Source: Lama guanicoe
Taxonomy: Eukaryota
Length of the DNA stretch: 64,000 nucleotides
Direction: 5' to 3'
Assembly (NCBI GenBank): GCA_013239625.1
Contig: MU054026.1
Coordinates: 248,001-312,000 of the forward strand
The notes under the pieces are model-generated. The model saw only the letters and a program-made list of their open reading frames with translations, ran no database searches and was not told the DNA's origin. Of the stretch, positions 25,164 through 37,960 are shown one piece after another. How positions within the stretch are numbered: position 1 is the first letter of the stretch; every line of letters starts with the position of its first letter. The translations under genes and the position numbers were made by a program.

Positions 25164-25817
25164 AAGAATGCTGTAAAAGATTTGGGCACCCCCAGGAGAG
25201 TAACGTGATCAGTGAGGAGTCTTGGCACCCTCAGGAGCCTTCCCTTCTCAGCCCCACAAGCCTTTCCCACCTCTGAGTTATGGGCCGCTCGTGCCGTCTG
25301 AGGGCCCACGCTGACCTGATCTGATCTGCCCACCTGTCCTGAAAGGCCCTTAAAATCACGTGCAATTTCTTCTCCTTGTGCTTAGACAAAGGCAGGGACT
25401 TGGCAAATACTTTACTGAAGAATGCATTGAGGATGGGGAACTGTAATGCAATTGAGTAACTCTTGGAGGATAAACATGAAAGTATACTATAGAAATACAA
25501 ATAAAGAAAAATTATTTCTGACTGGAGGCGTCAGACTAGACGTCACAGCATAACATTCGAACTGGGCCCTGAGGGGTGACTGGATCACAGCAGGGTTGGG
25601 ACAGTTAAGGACAGTTAGGACAGACAAGCAGAAGGCCGGACAGAAGCTTAGTGGTAGTGCTTTGGGTACTACAAAACACCTCCGCAACTTGAAAAGGGAA
25701 CGCAAAGATTTCAGTCACGTAAACCGTCTAGGCTGATCAGTGTGAAGTTACTGAAATACGTGTGGCATTTCTCCTGGCGGTACAATCTGGAAGCATCCAA
25801 GTCCCAGCTACGGTTTA

Positions 25818-25831
25818 GTGCCACCTGACGG
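25818..25831 (-). promoter_or_regulatory. candidate CTCF motif CCGTCAGGTGGCAC
   Basis: near match to CCASYAGRKGGCRS inside a locally CpG-richer non-repeat patch. Confidence 0.4.
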
Positions 25832-26554
25832 TGGTGATCTATTCCAGATTCATATCAACGAGGACCAGTCGGGACTTCGGGGCTGGCTGGGGCCTCTGAG
25901 GTGGCCGCAGCGATTCCGGGAATCATTTAATGAAGTGGCGCCTGTTCCACAGGCCTGGTCAGGCGGGACTGGGCCAGGGGAGCACAGGCCTGCTTCCCTC
26001 GGTGGGCTGCCTGCTTTTTCCCTCTTTAACCTCCCCCCAACCCCGTTCACTCCCCAGTGAGCTCTCCGTTCCCTCCACCCCTACGAAAGTAACAAATTTA
26101 GCCAGTCCCTTTTGAAGAAAAGAATGGGCTAAAGGGCCAATTGTCAAGTACATTATCTTTGAATCCCTCCGCCCATGGGGCTGATTATCACAGGCTTTCA
26201 CTCTATCTGACTCCCTTTCATGGCCTAGAAGAGAACAAGCAACTTAGTCTGCATACGCCAGCTGCAAAGCAACCCGTTCCTTCAGTGGATGCTTTTAATT
26301 GATGGAAAGCCATGGCCCAGACACCACTCTATTTCAATAGATAGCATATGTTTGCTAAGTTTTCTCTTTTCCAGGCTAAATTTTCCGAGTTCCCTCTGGA
26401 ATTATTTGTCTTCTTTGTTCGCCGTTGTAACCCAAGAGCCAGGGGAAGTGCCCGGAACACAGCAGGTGCTCAGGAAAGGTGTACTGAGGACTGCTTGAGC
26501 CCAGGACAGGTGGGGGCAAATGCTTTTGCTTTGTGATGACAGCACCCTTCATCT

Positions 26555-27000
26555 GTCTCTATTCCTCTTAGTGTAGCGCCCAAAACACAACATAAAATTC
26601 TAGGGAAGTTCCAATGAGCACAGGGAACCAGACTGGTCTGCTGTCATCCTGAGTGCTACACATCCACGAGTGCAACCTAAGACTGACTTCTCTGAACAAC
26701 CCTATTACTATGGATTCATGTCAAGTTCACGGGCAGCTAAGATCCGCCCCCTCCGAGATCTTTTCCACGGATCTCCTGTTGTGTTACAACTCTCCCAACT
26801 GAGTTTTCAGACTAACGAGCAAGGCCTCATGTTACTCCCTATAAATTTCATCTTACTGAATTTAAACCATTACACCAGCATCGAAAGACCTTTCTGAGCC
26901 TTGCTTCTGACCTCTGACATATGAGATATTCAGCCTAGCTTGGTGCCACTTACAGATCTGATCAGCCTTCTCTCACCGTCCTCACATGGGTCTTCAATAG
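26555..27000 (-). mobile_element. L3/CR1 LINE relic
   Basis: gcccaaaacacaacataaaattctagg and aaatttcatcttactgaatttaaaccattacaccagc resemble antisense CR1 RT-region sequence. Confidence 0.45.
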
Positions 27001-27239
27001 GTAGCCGGGCAGTGTCCTGGACAGAGCTCTGAGATTTGCTTCGAGAGACTTTCCTCCGGGTTAGTGGTCATTCATCTCGCAGCTGCATTATTGCCTGAGG
27101 CCACAGGGGAAGTCGTAAGAAAGAGAAATAATACAGCACCAGAACCTGGACAGACCTACTTCGGAGGTCTAGCCCCGCTCACCATTTGCTAACTGTGTTC
27201 CTTCTGGCAAGAGATAAGGAAAAACCACAGCCTGTACCA

Positions 27240-27465
27240 TGCATTTATGGTTCATATGTCAGATATTGTTAGAGGGTTTCGGACTCACAGGTTCATGTTA
27301 CCATTAAAACAACTTACATAAATATCATGATCCCCATTTTACAGATGTGAAAATTGAGGTTTAAAAAAGTGAAATAACTGAACCAAACTGTCTAAGTAGG
27401 AAAGAGCAAATCCAATATTAGAATCCAGGTCTTCCTCAATTTAAAGCCCGCGTTCTGTCTACTAA
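27240..27465 (-). mobile_element. MIR SINE
   Basis: atccccattttacagatgtgaaaattgaggtttaaaaaagtgaaataact. Confidence 0.75.
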
Positions 27466-28469
27466 ATCTGTATCCCATATAAATCTGATTTTATAGGACA
27501 GAAGATTTAGAAAGCTTGGCCACAGAGGAATCAACAGACACAACTTCAGTATAATCACATATTAAATTCAGACATCTTTGGGGCCTTTGGGCCTTTTTGA
27601 AGTCTCTTGAACCATTCTATTTAAAAATACAGAAAATAATAATACAGAAATACATTCTGGATTCAAGAAAAAAAAATACTGGGACATTAACCATGTTACC
27701 CAGAGACACAGGGTGGTTGGTAACAAAACCCATTTGATGAACATCTCCATCTCCATTCAACTCCACCATGCTTCAGGATGGGAAAATGCCTGCCTTCCCT
27801 CAGGTGAAGATCAAAATCAATGAATAATTACTTGGCAATTAGTTTTTGTATGAATGTTTTTTCTTATGACTTTCTGAGAGCACACAGAGGGAAAAAAATA
27901 AGATATGCACTCTTCCTTTAAGATGTTCACATTCTAAATGGGGAGATGGACATGATTTGAGGCTATCCTGTCTCCATAATTCAACACCCTCGTATTAATG
28001 GTCTACCACAGGTAAGACGAGGTGGACTACACAAACATAAGAAAGACAGCTCCTGTGGAGAGAATTTTTACACTGCAGTAAAGTGCATAAGCTAAGCAAA
28101 CAATAGGATGAGGTGTAACAGTATACAAAGTCCCAAGAGATACAAAGTGTTTCAGGGACTCAAGAATTTGAGGCCCTTCTAATCATCTAGCATGGTGTCT
28201 GGCTTTCTGTTGGTACATGTGGCAAAAGGAGTTTTCAAGGTAACAGAAATACTATATAGTTCAGAGTAGGAAATACTTTTGACCTGCAAAACATAGGGAA
28301 AAAATACAGTGGGAAAACGAAGTTTGAGTTTGATCTTGAGAAACTGGGAAGATTTGATGATGCTGTAAGCCTGCTCTAAACCTCTTCGTCTATATCGTCC
28401 AATGATTACGTGGGGCAATCAAGCACTTGGGATACGGCTGGTCAAAATTGTGATGGACTGTAGGTGAAA

Positions 28470-28692
28470 AATACTGCATTTAGATGACTTATGACAAAGA
28501 AAAGAATATAAAATATACCTTTAACAATTTTCTATATAAATTACATATGGAAATGACAACATTTGGGGTATATTGGGTTAAATCAAATATATTCTTGAAA
28601 TTAATTCCTACTGTTTAATATTTTTTTTACATGACTACCAGAAAATTTTAAATCTCGTGTGAGGCTTGCATTCTGTTGCTGTCAGACAGCGC
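28470..28692. mobile_element. MER33/MER3-like hAT-Charlie MITE
   Basis: gggttaaatcaaatatattcttgaaattaattcc...gactaccagaaaattttaaa...ggcttgcatt...gacagcgc. Confidence 0.65.
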
Positions 28693-29719
28693 CAGTGTTG
28701 AGAATGTCTGGCGTAGAAAAGCACACGCTCCACGTGTGTTGAACCAGACAGAGAGATAGGAAGTCTATTCCAAGAGATGCAAACCACAAAAGCAGTGGTG
28801 CAGAATCAGAAAACAAAGGCATTCCCAAGGGGCAGGGGAAAAAATATATGATGTGATGGTGCTTTGGAAAAAAGATAAGCTATGGATGTATCGTTTCTTG
28901 CTTTTATATTTATATAAAGATTACCTCCTTTCTTTATCTGTTACTGGGGCTCATTAATTGGGAAAATAATCCCCTCAAATGATACCAAAATAATTTCTCT
29001 TAAAACACGTTTTGATGCACCATTTAGGATATAAAGAGGACAGGGAGTCCTGGTTCTTTGCAAGCGTGTTTTGTGACATTGGCTAGGTCACTCAGTTAAT
29101 CTCATGGGTCTCCAAAAGGAGGGAGTTGGACTCTAATGCCTGCCTTTCTACTGTGTGTGTGTTGGGGGGTGAGGGAGGGCAGGAAATAGTCCACGGGACC
29201 AAAAAGCAGTAAGTTCCATTCTAGTTTCGAGTTTCTTCTTCCTCTCTTCATGTTGCTGTGAGGCTTAGGCTGTCTTGACCTCTAAAAATCTTCCTTCCAT
29301 TCTACTTTCGGTCCTTGTGAGGAGAAAACAAGAGAGAAGAATGTTGGCCAGCTCAGCACACGGCCAGTCATCATAGTATTTAAGAAAAAAAAAAAAATCC
29401 CAGGAGTTGATGAAAAATACATTCATTGTAAGTTCCCCTATGAAAATGCAATACATTGTTGCAAATATTATTTGATGCCGTCCTAGATAATACTTCTTAC
29501 AGGAACAGCTAATACTTGTGCTTCAGGTCTGAAAATAATCACGAGCCAAGATGACCAAAATCTGACTTGTAGTTATATTTTCCTCGAAAGACACTGACTG
29601 TTGTCTCTATTAGAATCAGATGGCAAGCTGAACCAGAGATGCCAAACAATTTACTCAGTGAAACTTCTAGTAGTGACATGTGCCACATTAGAAGACCCAG
29701 CTGGACTGGTTGGGAATAT

Positions 29720-30110
29720 ATCAGGCAAGATTATCGTGGCTGCCAGTGACAGAAACCCAGCTCAAATAGTTTAAGCTAAAAAGGGATCACATTGGATCAT
29801 TTAACTGGCCAAGATCAGAAATGGAGCTATTTTATCTTCTCTTCTTTTGCTCAAAGCACGTCTCCACTTCTCTCTGCACGCTGGCCTCCTTCACTATGAC
29901 TTCAGACAGTTTTGCTCCATGTATTGAGGAGAGGAAGTAGCGAGCCCACCAAAAGTTCCAATTTGCAGCATCACAGCTTTGCTGTTCCAGAGAAAGAGAC
30001 AGCGTTTTTTTTCCCAGATGTATCCCAGGGAAGAACTCTGACCGGCTGGTTTTGGATCACAAACCAGTTATATACCAGATCCTATGACTGATGAGGACCG
30101 AGAACAAGCT
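29720..30110 (-). mobile_element. old MLT1 solo LTR
   Basis: ggctgccagtgacagaaacccagctcaaatagtttaagctaaaaaggg is the reverse complement of the MLT1 3' end. Confidence 0.55.
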
Positions 30111-31029
30111 TAAGCCGTAAATAGAAGTTTGCAATACTTTGATACACATGATCCTCAAGTTTCTCATGCATAATTTTCAATGTATTTGCTTTTTTGCATC
30201 CTTATATGTGTCCCTCCCTAATTTCCAATTCTGGCTTTTTACCAATGATTCAGTCCCTCTTTATCTCCTCATCAAATTGAGTGTATTTTGTGCTGTCAAA
30301 ACCAGAAAGCTAACTAGGCTCCTGGTCATACACTAATTTGTACAACCAGGGATAGTTTTGAAAAAAAACAGAAAAGGAAGTAGCTTGAATGATGGCTTCA
30401 CAAACAAGAGGATGGTATCTCTGACACCGCTTGCTAAAACATTCATTTCTGCCATTAGAATTTAATTCCATTCCTTTATGAAATTCTTCCTTTGCCTCCT
30501 GTTAAAATGGCAATCTTCACTAAAAATCAGTTTATCAATCCTCTCCCTGAGATAGGATTTGATAAGGACATTTGGAAAAGAGCATAAAAGCTCCATGGAG
30601 GCACAAATGGACCAGAGATGCCATCCTGGAGGTCAAAACACAGGACCACAGACGGTAAAGAGAATTCCTTCTCTGGTGCTGCGTTTTTCCCGGTACATAC
30701 ACGTCTGTTGCTGATCCCCCTTTACTCCTGTGACCTGATCTGCTGTCTTCTCTTTGCCCTGTCGAGACTCCCTGACCTCACCCTAATCTTCTTTAAGACA
30801 GGCGTCCCTTTTATATCAGATCTGGCGATGCTTTAAACATGCGCTTACAGCAGCAGCTTAGGCTAAACAGGAGAAAGCTGAGGCTACTGAAAGGCCAGAT
30901 TAGACGAGACTCGAACGAGATTGCCATCAGCACAGTGGTGACAAGCTAATGGGGTTGGCAGAGCTGTAACGGGCAGCTTGCCAGCACCGTACCTTCCAGA
31001 AAAGGAGTCGTGGTTTGCTAGACAGAAAG

Positions 31030-31630
31030 TGAGGCGGGTCCAGCCATTCGAGGAATGCCACAGCAGTCAACATCAAAATGGTTAAAGATTCAACACCCAG
31101 GGGGCCTTGAGGCTCAGGATGGGGGGAGATTTGACTCCTAGCAGAGCTTGAGCTTCATTATACGCCCATTGTAACATTAACACGGTGAATAACACGCCCA
31201 CAGGCGCCACGGCAGTAGCAGGCTAGCCACAAAAGGTCACAGGGAGGGAAAGGGCCAACTTCCCGAGACTAGTTAGACTGGTCCTTCCACTTATCAACAT
31301 ATAAAGCCACTGAGCCCATAAAAACTGGCAGCACAGGCCTCGTGGCTGCCCGCTCCCCCACCCTCTCCCTTTGGAGACTGCCTGCACTCTGTCTATGGAG
31401 TGAGTACCTACTTTTACTCTAATCTGAGCACCCAGCCCCCACACCTTGTGGCTTTCTCTTGCCTTTCGATGTATCTCTAAATAAATCTACCTTGACTCAA
31501 CTGTGGCTTGCTCTTGAATTCTTTCCTGCATGAAGCCAAGGACCAGCTCTTGGCGGGGCACGTCCCAGGGGCTCAGTGGAAGCCTGGGGCATGGCCCTCC
31601 TCACGCCCCACATCCATTTTTCCTGCATCA
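31030..31630 (+). mobile_element. MER41-like ERV1 solo LTR
   Basis: acgcccacaggcgccacggcagt, ctctgtctatggagt, AATAAA at 31480-31485, ctcttgaattctttcctgcatgaagccaaggacc, ends tcctgcatca; left edge uncertain. Confidence 0.7.
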
Positions 31631-32432
31631 GTTCCAAATGTTGATCTTAGCTCCAGGGCCAGAGAAATGAGGGGCCCCAGTCAGGCAAGACTGTCAGTCC
31701 CGCTGGCCTTCCGATGCGATGTCTTGCATTATATGAGGTTTCTGTTTGTTTGCTATTTTCTCTTCTTTTTCTTTCTTCCTTTTTTTTTTTTTTTGAAGAC
31801 GTGTCCCACACTGGTCTAGATACAGTTGTTGATGGCGTCCACAGTTGCTATCTGAAAGATGTTTTGCGTCATCTGAAAATGTCCAGATGAGTTGGAGGCA
31901 GCAATGAACAACCAGGCAGCCAGCTCTCATAAAGATGAGTCAAACTATTGCGATCTGATAAGAAGACTTGTGAGGTCCATGTTTTTCACCCAAAAGGGTA
32001 AGAGTTATTATATCTTCCGAAATCGTCAGGGTGATAAAGTAACCAATTGGAAGGCACACTATTCTTGCTTCACCCAAATCCACGGACTGGGTAAGCAGAG
32101 AACCATGACTCATGCCAGAAATCATAAATATAAAGTTGGTATTTCAGATCTATATCTAAAGAATGACAGAATATCATTTCTCCTGATTCACCCAGCAAGA
32201 ATGCATCATCCTTCTCCTCCTGATCTAATCAGGAACAGTTCTGCCGGGTTCATTTTTCTTTATAAGTCAAAAAAAGCACAGAAGACATTTAGGCCCTCTT
32301 TTCTACACCTCTCTTGACTCAGGGTTGGGGGAGGGAGCGGCTGCATAGGAGCAAAACCTCGTATTCTGCTCTGACCACATGCGAACAGGTACTCGTGTTT
32401 GTGCAGGAATCAATTTCAAATGCTTTACACAA

Positions 32433-32446
32433 GTGCCATCTAGTGG
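32433..32446 (-). promoter_or_regulatory. strong CTCF motif CCACTAGATGGCAC
   Basis: exact match to CCASYAGRKGGCRS (context TGACCACTAGATGGCACTT) in non-repeat sequence. Confidence 0.65.
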
Positions 32447-32514
32447 TCAGTAAATGCACATGCCTCCTCAAGAAAGAAGGAAAGATTTAATGCCTTTTCA
32501 TGAATAACCAAATG

Positions 32515-32871
32515 CGGGGGTTTTGTTTGTTTTAATTGAAGTACAGTCAGTTACAATGTGTCAATCTCTGGTGCACAGCATAATGTCCCAGTCATGCATA
32601 TACATACATATATTCGTTTTCATATTCCTTTTCATTAAAAGTTATTACGAGATGTTGAATATGGTTCCCTGTGCTATACAGAAGAAATTTGTTTTTTTAA
32701 TCTATTTTTACATATAATCGTTAATATTTGCAAATCTCAAACTCCAAAATTTATCCCTTCCCACTCCCTTTCCCCTAGTAACCATAAGATTGTTTACTAT
32801 ATCTGCACGTCTGTTTCAGTTTTGTAGATGAGTTCATTAGTGGCTTTTTTTCTTTTTTTAGATTCCACATG
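32515..32871 (-). mobile_element. 5'-truncated lineage-specific L1 3' UTR
   Basis: ttaattgaagtacagtcagttacaatgtgtcaat...ttccctgtgctatacag...ttagattccacat; TSD aaccaaatg (32506-32514 / 32872-32880). Confidence 0.85.
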
Positions 32872-33374
32872 AACCAAATGTATTTTTTATCTTTTTCACT
32901 TAAACAGGATGATTCTTTTTTGTATTTATTTTCTTTTTTAGTGGAAATTATTTCTTCCATCTGTTTCTCTTTGGTCAAGATAGAAGTATTTTGTCCCATA
33001 TTCTGTCAAAGAGTGCTCCAAACCATAAAATGTAGTCTGGGGGTTATTCACAAGGAAACACACTGAGAACGTTCTCTTTCTTGCCAGTCAGTGGAGTAAA
33101 ATAGAGGCACATCTATTGACTCTGTACCTTACTTTAGCAGATGCTTTAGGAAAGGGTAGTGGCTGCAATGAAAGAGAAATGTAAGAAGTGGGGATGGAGC
33201 AAGCCACAGTCATCACCTTCAGTGGTTCCACTATGTATGGGATGACAACCAAGTTCCCACCCCAAAGTCAGAATCTCTACAGACTGACCCAAAGTCACTT
33301 TTCTAACCTCTTTCTGCCCCCTAATATAAAGTTTTATCTTCACGTTAGCCTATCCATTGACACCTGAATAAACA

Positions 33375-33600
33375 CAGTTGACCCTTGCAGGATTAGGGGC
33401 ACCAACTCTCCGCCCAGTGGAAAATCCTTATATAATGTAGTCGGCCCTCTGTATATGCAGCTCCCCCATATCTGCAGGTCCACCCCGGAGGGGTCAATCA
33501 GCCACTGACCATGTGGTACTCTAGTATTTACTACTGGAAAAAGAATCCATGTATAAGTGAATCTGCACAGTTCAAAGCCACGTTGTTCCAGGATCAACTG
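33375..33600. mobile_element. MER8/Tigger2-derived MITE
   Basis: terminal inverted repeats cagttgacccttg ... caggatcaactg, followed by TA. Confidence 0.8.
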
Positions 33601-33749
33601 TATATATTTTAGCCTCTCTTCATTTTCTTCCTATTGTTCCCCATCTGTGGGATTCTCCATCTTCCTTTGCCACTTATTGAACCCTATTCATCCTTCAAGT
33701 TACATGTTACTGTAATAAAACTATTTTAGTCTTGGTTCTCATTGAAATC

Positions 33750-35160
33750 TGTATCAGCTAGTTATTGCTGCATAACAAATCACCCCAAGACTTAGTGGCT
33801 TTAAACTACAAGCATTAATTATTGTTCACAAATCCATGAGTTAGCGAGGTAGTGCCAGTCTCCGCAAGGCTTACTCACATATCTGCAGCCAGTGGTGAAT
33901 CACATGGTCAGCTCTCTCACATATACTGTGGTGTGACATAGTAAGAACTATATATATTTAGTCTCTGTTCCCAGCTCCTGACATGAAGCTCCAAAAACCC
34001 TTGGCATTATCTGAAAGATAGGAATTCTAGGAGCATCTTTTATTCTAATATTTGGACTTTGACCTTGGTTCCTGATACAGACATCTTAAACTCTTTAGAA
34101 AATCTTGAGTGACAGAGGAGTCTTTTGTTCTAAGGAGACAACTCTTGGTAGGCTCCTGGATGGCTTCAGGATGAAGGCTGGTCACCAGAAAGACCAAGCC
34201 ATGATTAGAAGCTTGGAGTTTTCAGCCCCACCCACAACCTCCAGGGATGGGAGAGGGACTGGTGATTTAATTAATAATCTATCATGTCTACATGATGGAG
34301 CCTTCATAAAATTCCTAGCTATGACATTTGGAGGGCTACTAGATTGATGAACACATCCACGGGCTGGGAGAGTGGTTTAGCCCAACTCCATGAGGACAGA
34401 AGCTCCTGCATTCAGGACCATTCCAGACCTTGCCCTGCGTAACTCCATCTAGCTGTTCATCTGTATCCTTTACAATAAAACAGTAAATGTTTACTTGCAT
34501 TCTTTGAGTCCTTAAAGCAACTTAGCAAACCTGAGGAGAGGGCTGTGGGAGCCTCAGATTTATAGCCAATTGTTCAGAAGTACAGGTGACAACCTAGGAC
34601 TTGTAACTGGTGTCTGAAGGGTGGAGGGGTGGGCAGTCTTGTGGGACTGAGTCCTTAACCCGTGGGATCTGCACTCACTTTAGGTACTTGATATCATAGC
34701 TGAATTGTGGGACATCCAGTTGGTATCCAGAGAGTTGGAAAAGTAATTAATGTGGGGGAAACCTCACATACTTGGTGTCAGAAGTGTTGTGCGTATAGTA
34801 TAGAAAAGTAGTTCCCTGTTTAATTAATTAGTTGACTGCACCCTGGTCTAAAATGGTCACAGCTGGGATTTTCTCCTTGTGCTCGCCCATCCGCCAGGAG
34901 GTTAGCCTGAGTTTGTTCACTTAGTGGTATACGGTACCCAGAGAGAACAAAGCCACTCAAGATTTCTTGAGGCCCAGGCTTGGAACCAGTACTCTGTCAT
35001 TTCTGCCACAATCAGTTGGCCAAAGCAAACCACAAGATCAGTTCATATTATAAAGAAGTAGCCTCCACTTTCTGACAGGACGAACCACAAAGTCACTTCG
35101 CACAGGGTGTGGATACAAGTAGAAGTGAAGAAAAATGGCCATTTTAGCAAACAGTCCACA
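33750..35160 (-). mobile_element. MLT1 (F/G/H-like) LTR split by a MER21-like LTR
   Basis: tgtatcagctagttattgctgcataacaaatcaccccaagacttagtggc at left; ttggccaaagcaaaccacaag...ggccattttagcaaacagtccaca at right. Confidence 0.7.
33927..34820 (+). mobile_element. MER21-like solo LTR
   Basis: ggctggtcaccagaaagaccaagccatgattagaagcttggagttttcagcccc; cccaactccatgaggacagaagctcctgc; ttggtgtcagaagtg. Confidence 0.8.
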
Positions 35161-36399
35161 TCAAGGCCCCCAAAAATGCTACATTTCACAGTGACATGAA
35201 AACCCCTCTGTAGAATTTTAAAGGGCTTCTCTGAAACTGGGTTTGTAGTTCTTAACCGCTCATTCTCATCAAGACTTGGTGAGGTGTTGTACTCTGAGTA
35301 TAACTAACACCCACCCCCAACACACATACCAAGGTTAAGGGTAAGAAGAACTTGGCCTTCAGCTGAGGTCTGCAAAGAGGTGATTCAGTGGGACCTCCTA
35401 AAGACCTTGAAATTTGTCTCCTAGAACCTGGAGGATGCTGTGAACTGGTGTCTGGCTCAACATGGATAAATATAATGTAAGGGCAGTTGGATAAAACACT
35501 GCAGTTTGTAACTTTGCTGCTTTCCCACCAATGGGGGGTCACAAATACAAGGCTTCCTGTAGAAAAGATGTGAACCAGGAGATTTTTAGAAAGATGATAT
35601 GAGGTTGTCATGGATCCCCGTCTAGACAGCCATGAAAATCTAGGCACTGTGAGGGACTCAGGCAAAAGGAAACAGAATGTGTACCATGGGATGCCTGGAA
35701 ATCAAGGGACCAGTTGGGAAAAAAATGCAGTTACCCATTTTGAGGATGCTCAGATTGGGAGTAGAGGGTAGAGGCGAGGTTCTCAAGAGCCACAGAAGCA
35801 CCGCCACTAGAGAAAGAGTCAGCCTTTGGTAGAAACCTCAGATCACAGTGATATTTCCAGTCGAGTAAGAACTTTCCTGCTGCCACTGACTCTCCTTGTC
35901 CCCTCCCTAAACCTCAACCCAACATTAGAACCAATATTAAGGAAAATAAACAAAGAATGGTAGCAACAGGTGAAGGAAAAAGATCCACAGCTGCTTCGCT
36001 CTTTGCAAGACCCAACCTTGGGGCGGGGAGGCAGAGAAGACACAATTTCATGAGATGTCTCACTTTTTCATTGCTGTGCTGGATTTAATAATCACTGAGC
36101 TGGAACCACTTTTATAGATTCAGATCTACCAAGAGTCATGGACCATGTATTAGTTTCCACTCAAAGGTAAAGGAAAATATTAGTTCTACAGCACATGTTT
36201 GAATACACATTGGAGGAATAGTTCAAATTGTCTTCTAATTGCCCCTCTTGACTGTTGCAAGTTCAGTGTAATGATTTCCTTAAGTGTTCTCCTTAGTGCA
36301 GCTGTCCCAGGTGTCTCTTCAGCCACTGTCCTTCTCTGGGTTGATCTGACCTTTACTTTAAAAAAAAAAAAGCATAAAATCTGTCTAGAGCTAAAAAAT

Positions 36400-36590
36400 C
36401 TAAATTGGAATTATAATTTACTATAAATAAATATATAATTTTCCTTGAGCAAGTCCCACAACCTCTCTGACCTTCTGTTTTCTTCCTTTTATTGAAAGTA
36501 AAATCTGACAATACACCCATCTTCATGGTTATTAAAAGTGTTTGATGAATGAGCACAAATGAAAGAGAACTTTTTAAAATATTGACTGCT
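36400..36590 (+). mobile_element. MIR SINE fragment
   Basis: ccttgagcaagtcccacaacctctctgaccttctgttttcttc. Confidence 0.6.
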
Positions 36591-36599
36591 TTAGAAATT

Positions 36600-37650
36600 A
36601 AATTTTTGAAATATTATTTATAGGAACAATAATAAACCCATTGCATATTTACATAAGTAAAATATTTATATGGAAAGTAACTATATTTTCCAAAGCAGAA
36701 GAATTTAGGGAGATGAGTGACATCGTTTTCATTTTTTAATGAAAAATTATCTTTTTAATGTCTGTCCTAGTAGAGATGAGTGACATCGTTTTCATTTTTT
36801 AATGAAAAATGATCTTTTTAATGTCTGCCCTAGTAGAAGACAGCTTATACCTACTTCTCCATTCAATATCTCAGTGTGTGATTTTAGTTATAGCACCTGA
36901 AGAAAATTTGACCTCAAACAGGTAGAAGGAAGAGGGAGAATTGTATTAATAGCAATTTCAGATAATTCTAGATCTTCTTCTTTGATACTACACCAAAACT
37001 CACCAAGTGGTTATTTCTTTAAAGTTACTTACAATGTGGAATCCAAACCCTATCAAAGATTCATGTGCTCTTTTACATAAAAATCTAATGATTTACCATG
37101 TACTTTGAGCAGATCTTTTATCCATTGTGATTTTATAATATATTTTATTGGTCATTTGGAAAATATTGGCTCATTGATCTTCCAAATGTTGACACATTTC
37201 ATTATTCAGTATTCTTTAAAAATCCTATTTGTTAATAATATCACCACTGACCTCATTAGAAAATTCTTTTAGTATTGAGAAGCTATTGTAGTCATGTGGC
37301 AAATATGAAAGGTCTGTACTGTCAGTTTTTGTGTAAAAGCTCAAATGTTTTCATTGGCAATAAATATTGCTCATGTTTTCTTGAAGTGACAGATTCACAT
37401 TGTTCGTTTTCAGAAAATGTCTGCCAAATTCTCAAGTCTGAATAACCATAATTTGCCTGTCAGTGTTCGGTTTCCAGTAAAATGGCGTCTCATGGAAAAA
37501 AAAAAAGCTGCTAGCTTAATAATTTCAAAAATGCTTTTCCATTGGGAAAAGATGTTTGTTACGTTGGCCACACTGTTTACGCCTCTTGGCCAAGAGAACA
37601 GTGGTGGCCTTTCAGTCACACAGTCACAACAGGAATTTTATTTTGGCTTG
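36600..37650 (-). mobile_element. Charlie1-like hAT DNA transposon fragment
   Basis: cttctttgatactacaccaaaactcaccaagtgg; ttttcagaaaatgtctgccaaattctcaagtctgaataaccata match recalled Charlie1 sequence. Confidence 0.7.
36710..36835. repeat. 63-bp tandem duplication (2 mismatches)
   Basis: 36710-36772 and 36773-36835 are identical except at two positions. Confidence 0.95.
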
Positions 37651-37694
37651 AATCATCCAGAAAAGAGATAGTAATAATGCCAAATTTAGTGACT

Positions 37695-37960
37695 TGTAGA
37701 ATTAGAATATATTTTAAACATCATCTAGTCCACTCTAAGAGAAAATCCTCTCTGCAACAGGCTTGAAGGTCATTCAGATTCTGATCAAGCACTTCCAGTG
37801 ACATGAATCTCAGCAGTTCTCCAAGCAGCCTGCTCCAACACTCTTGGATAGTTTCAATTACTATTCAAATCTTCATCATATGAAGCCAAAATGTTCCTTC
37901 TTTGGTTTCATGATGCAGAAGAGAATGAATCTACTTTTTCTTCCATATGGCTATCAAGCA
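37695..37960 (-). mobile_element. L3/CR1 3' fragment
   Basis: tagaattagaa...catcatctagtcca...cacttccagtgacatgaatctcagc. Confidence 0.5.

Noticed and set aside
31892..32317. 141-aa ORF downstream of the MER41-like LTR
   Set aside because: Non-ATG start, no gag/pol/env motifs and no primer-binding site after the LTR.
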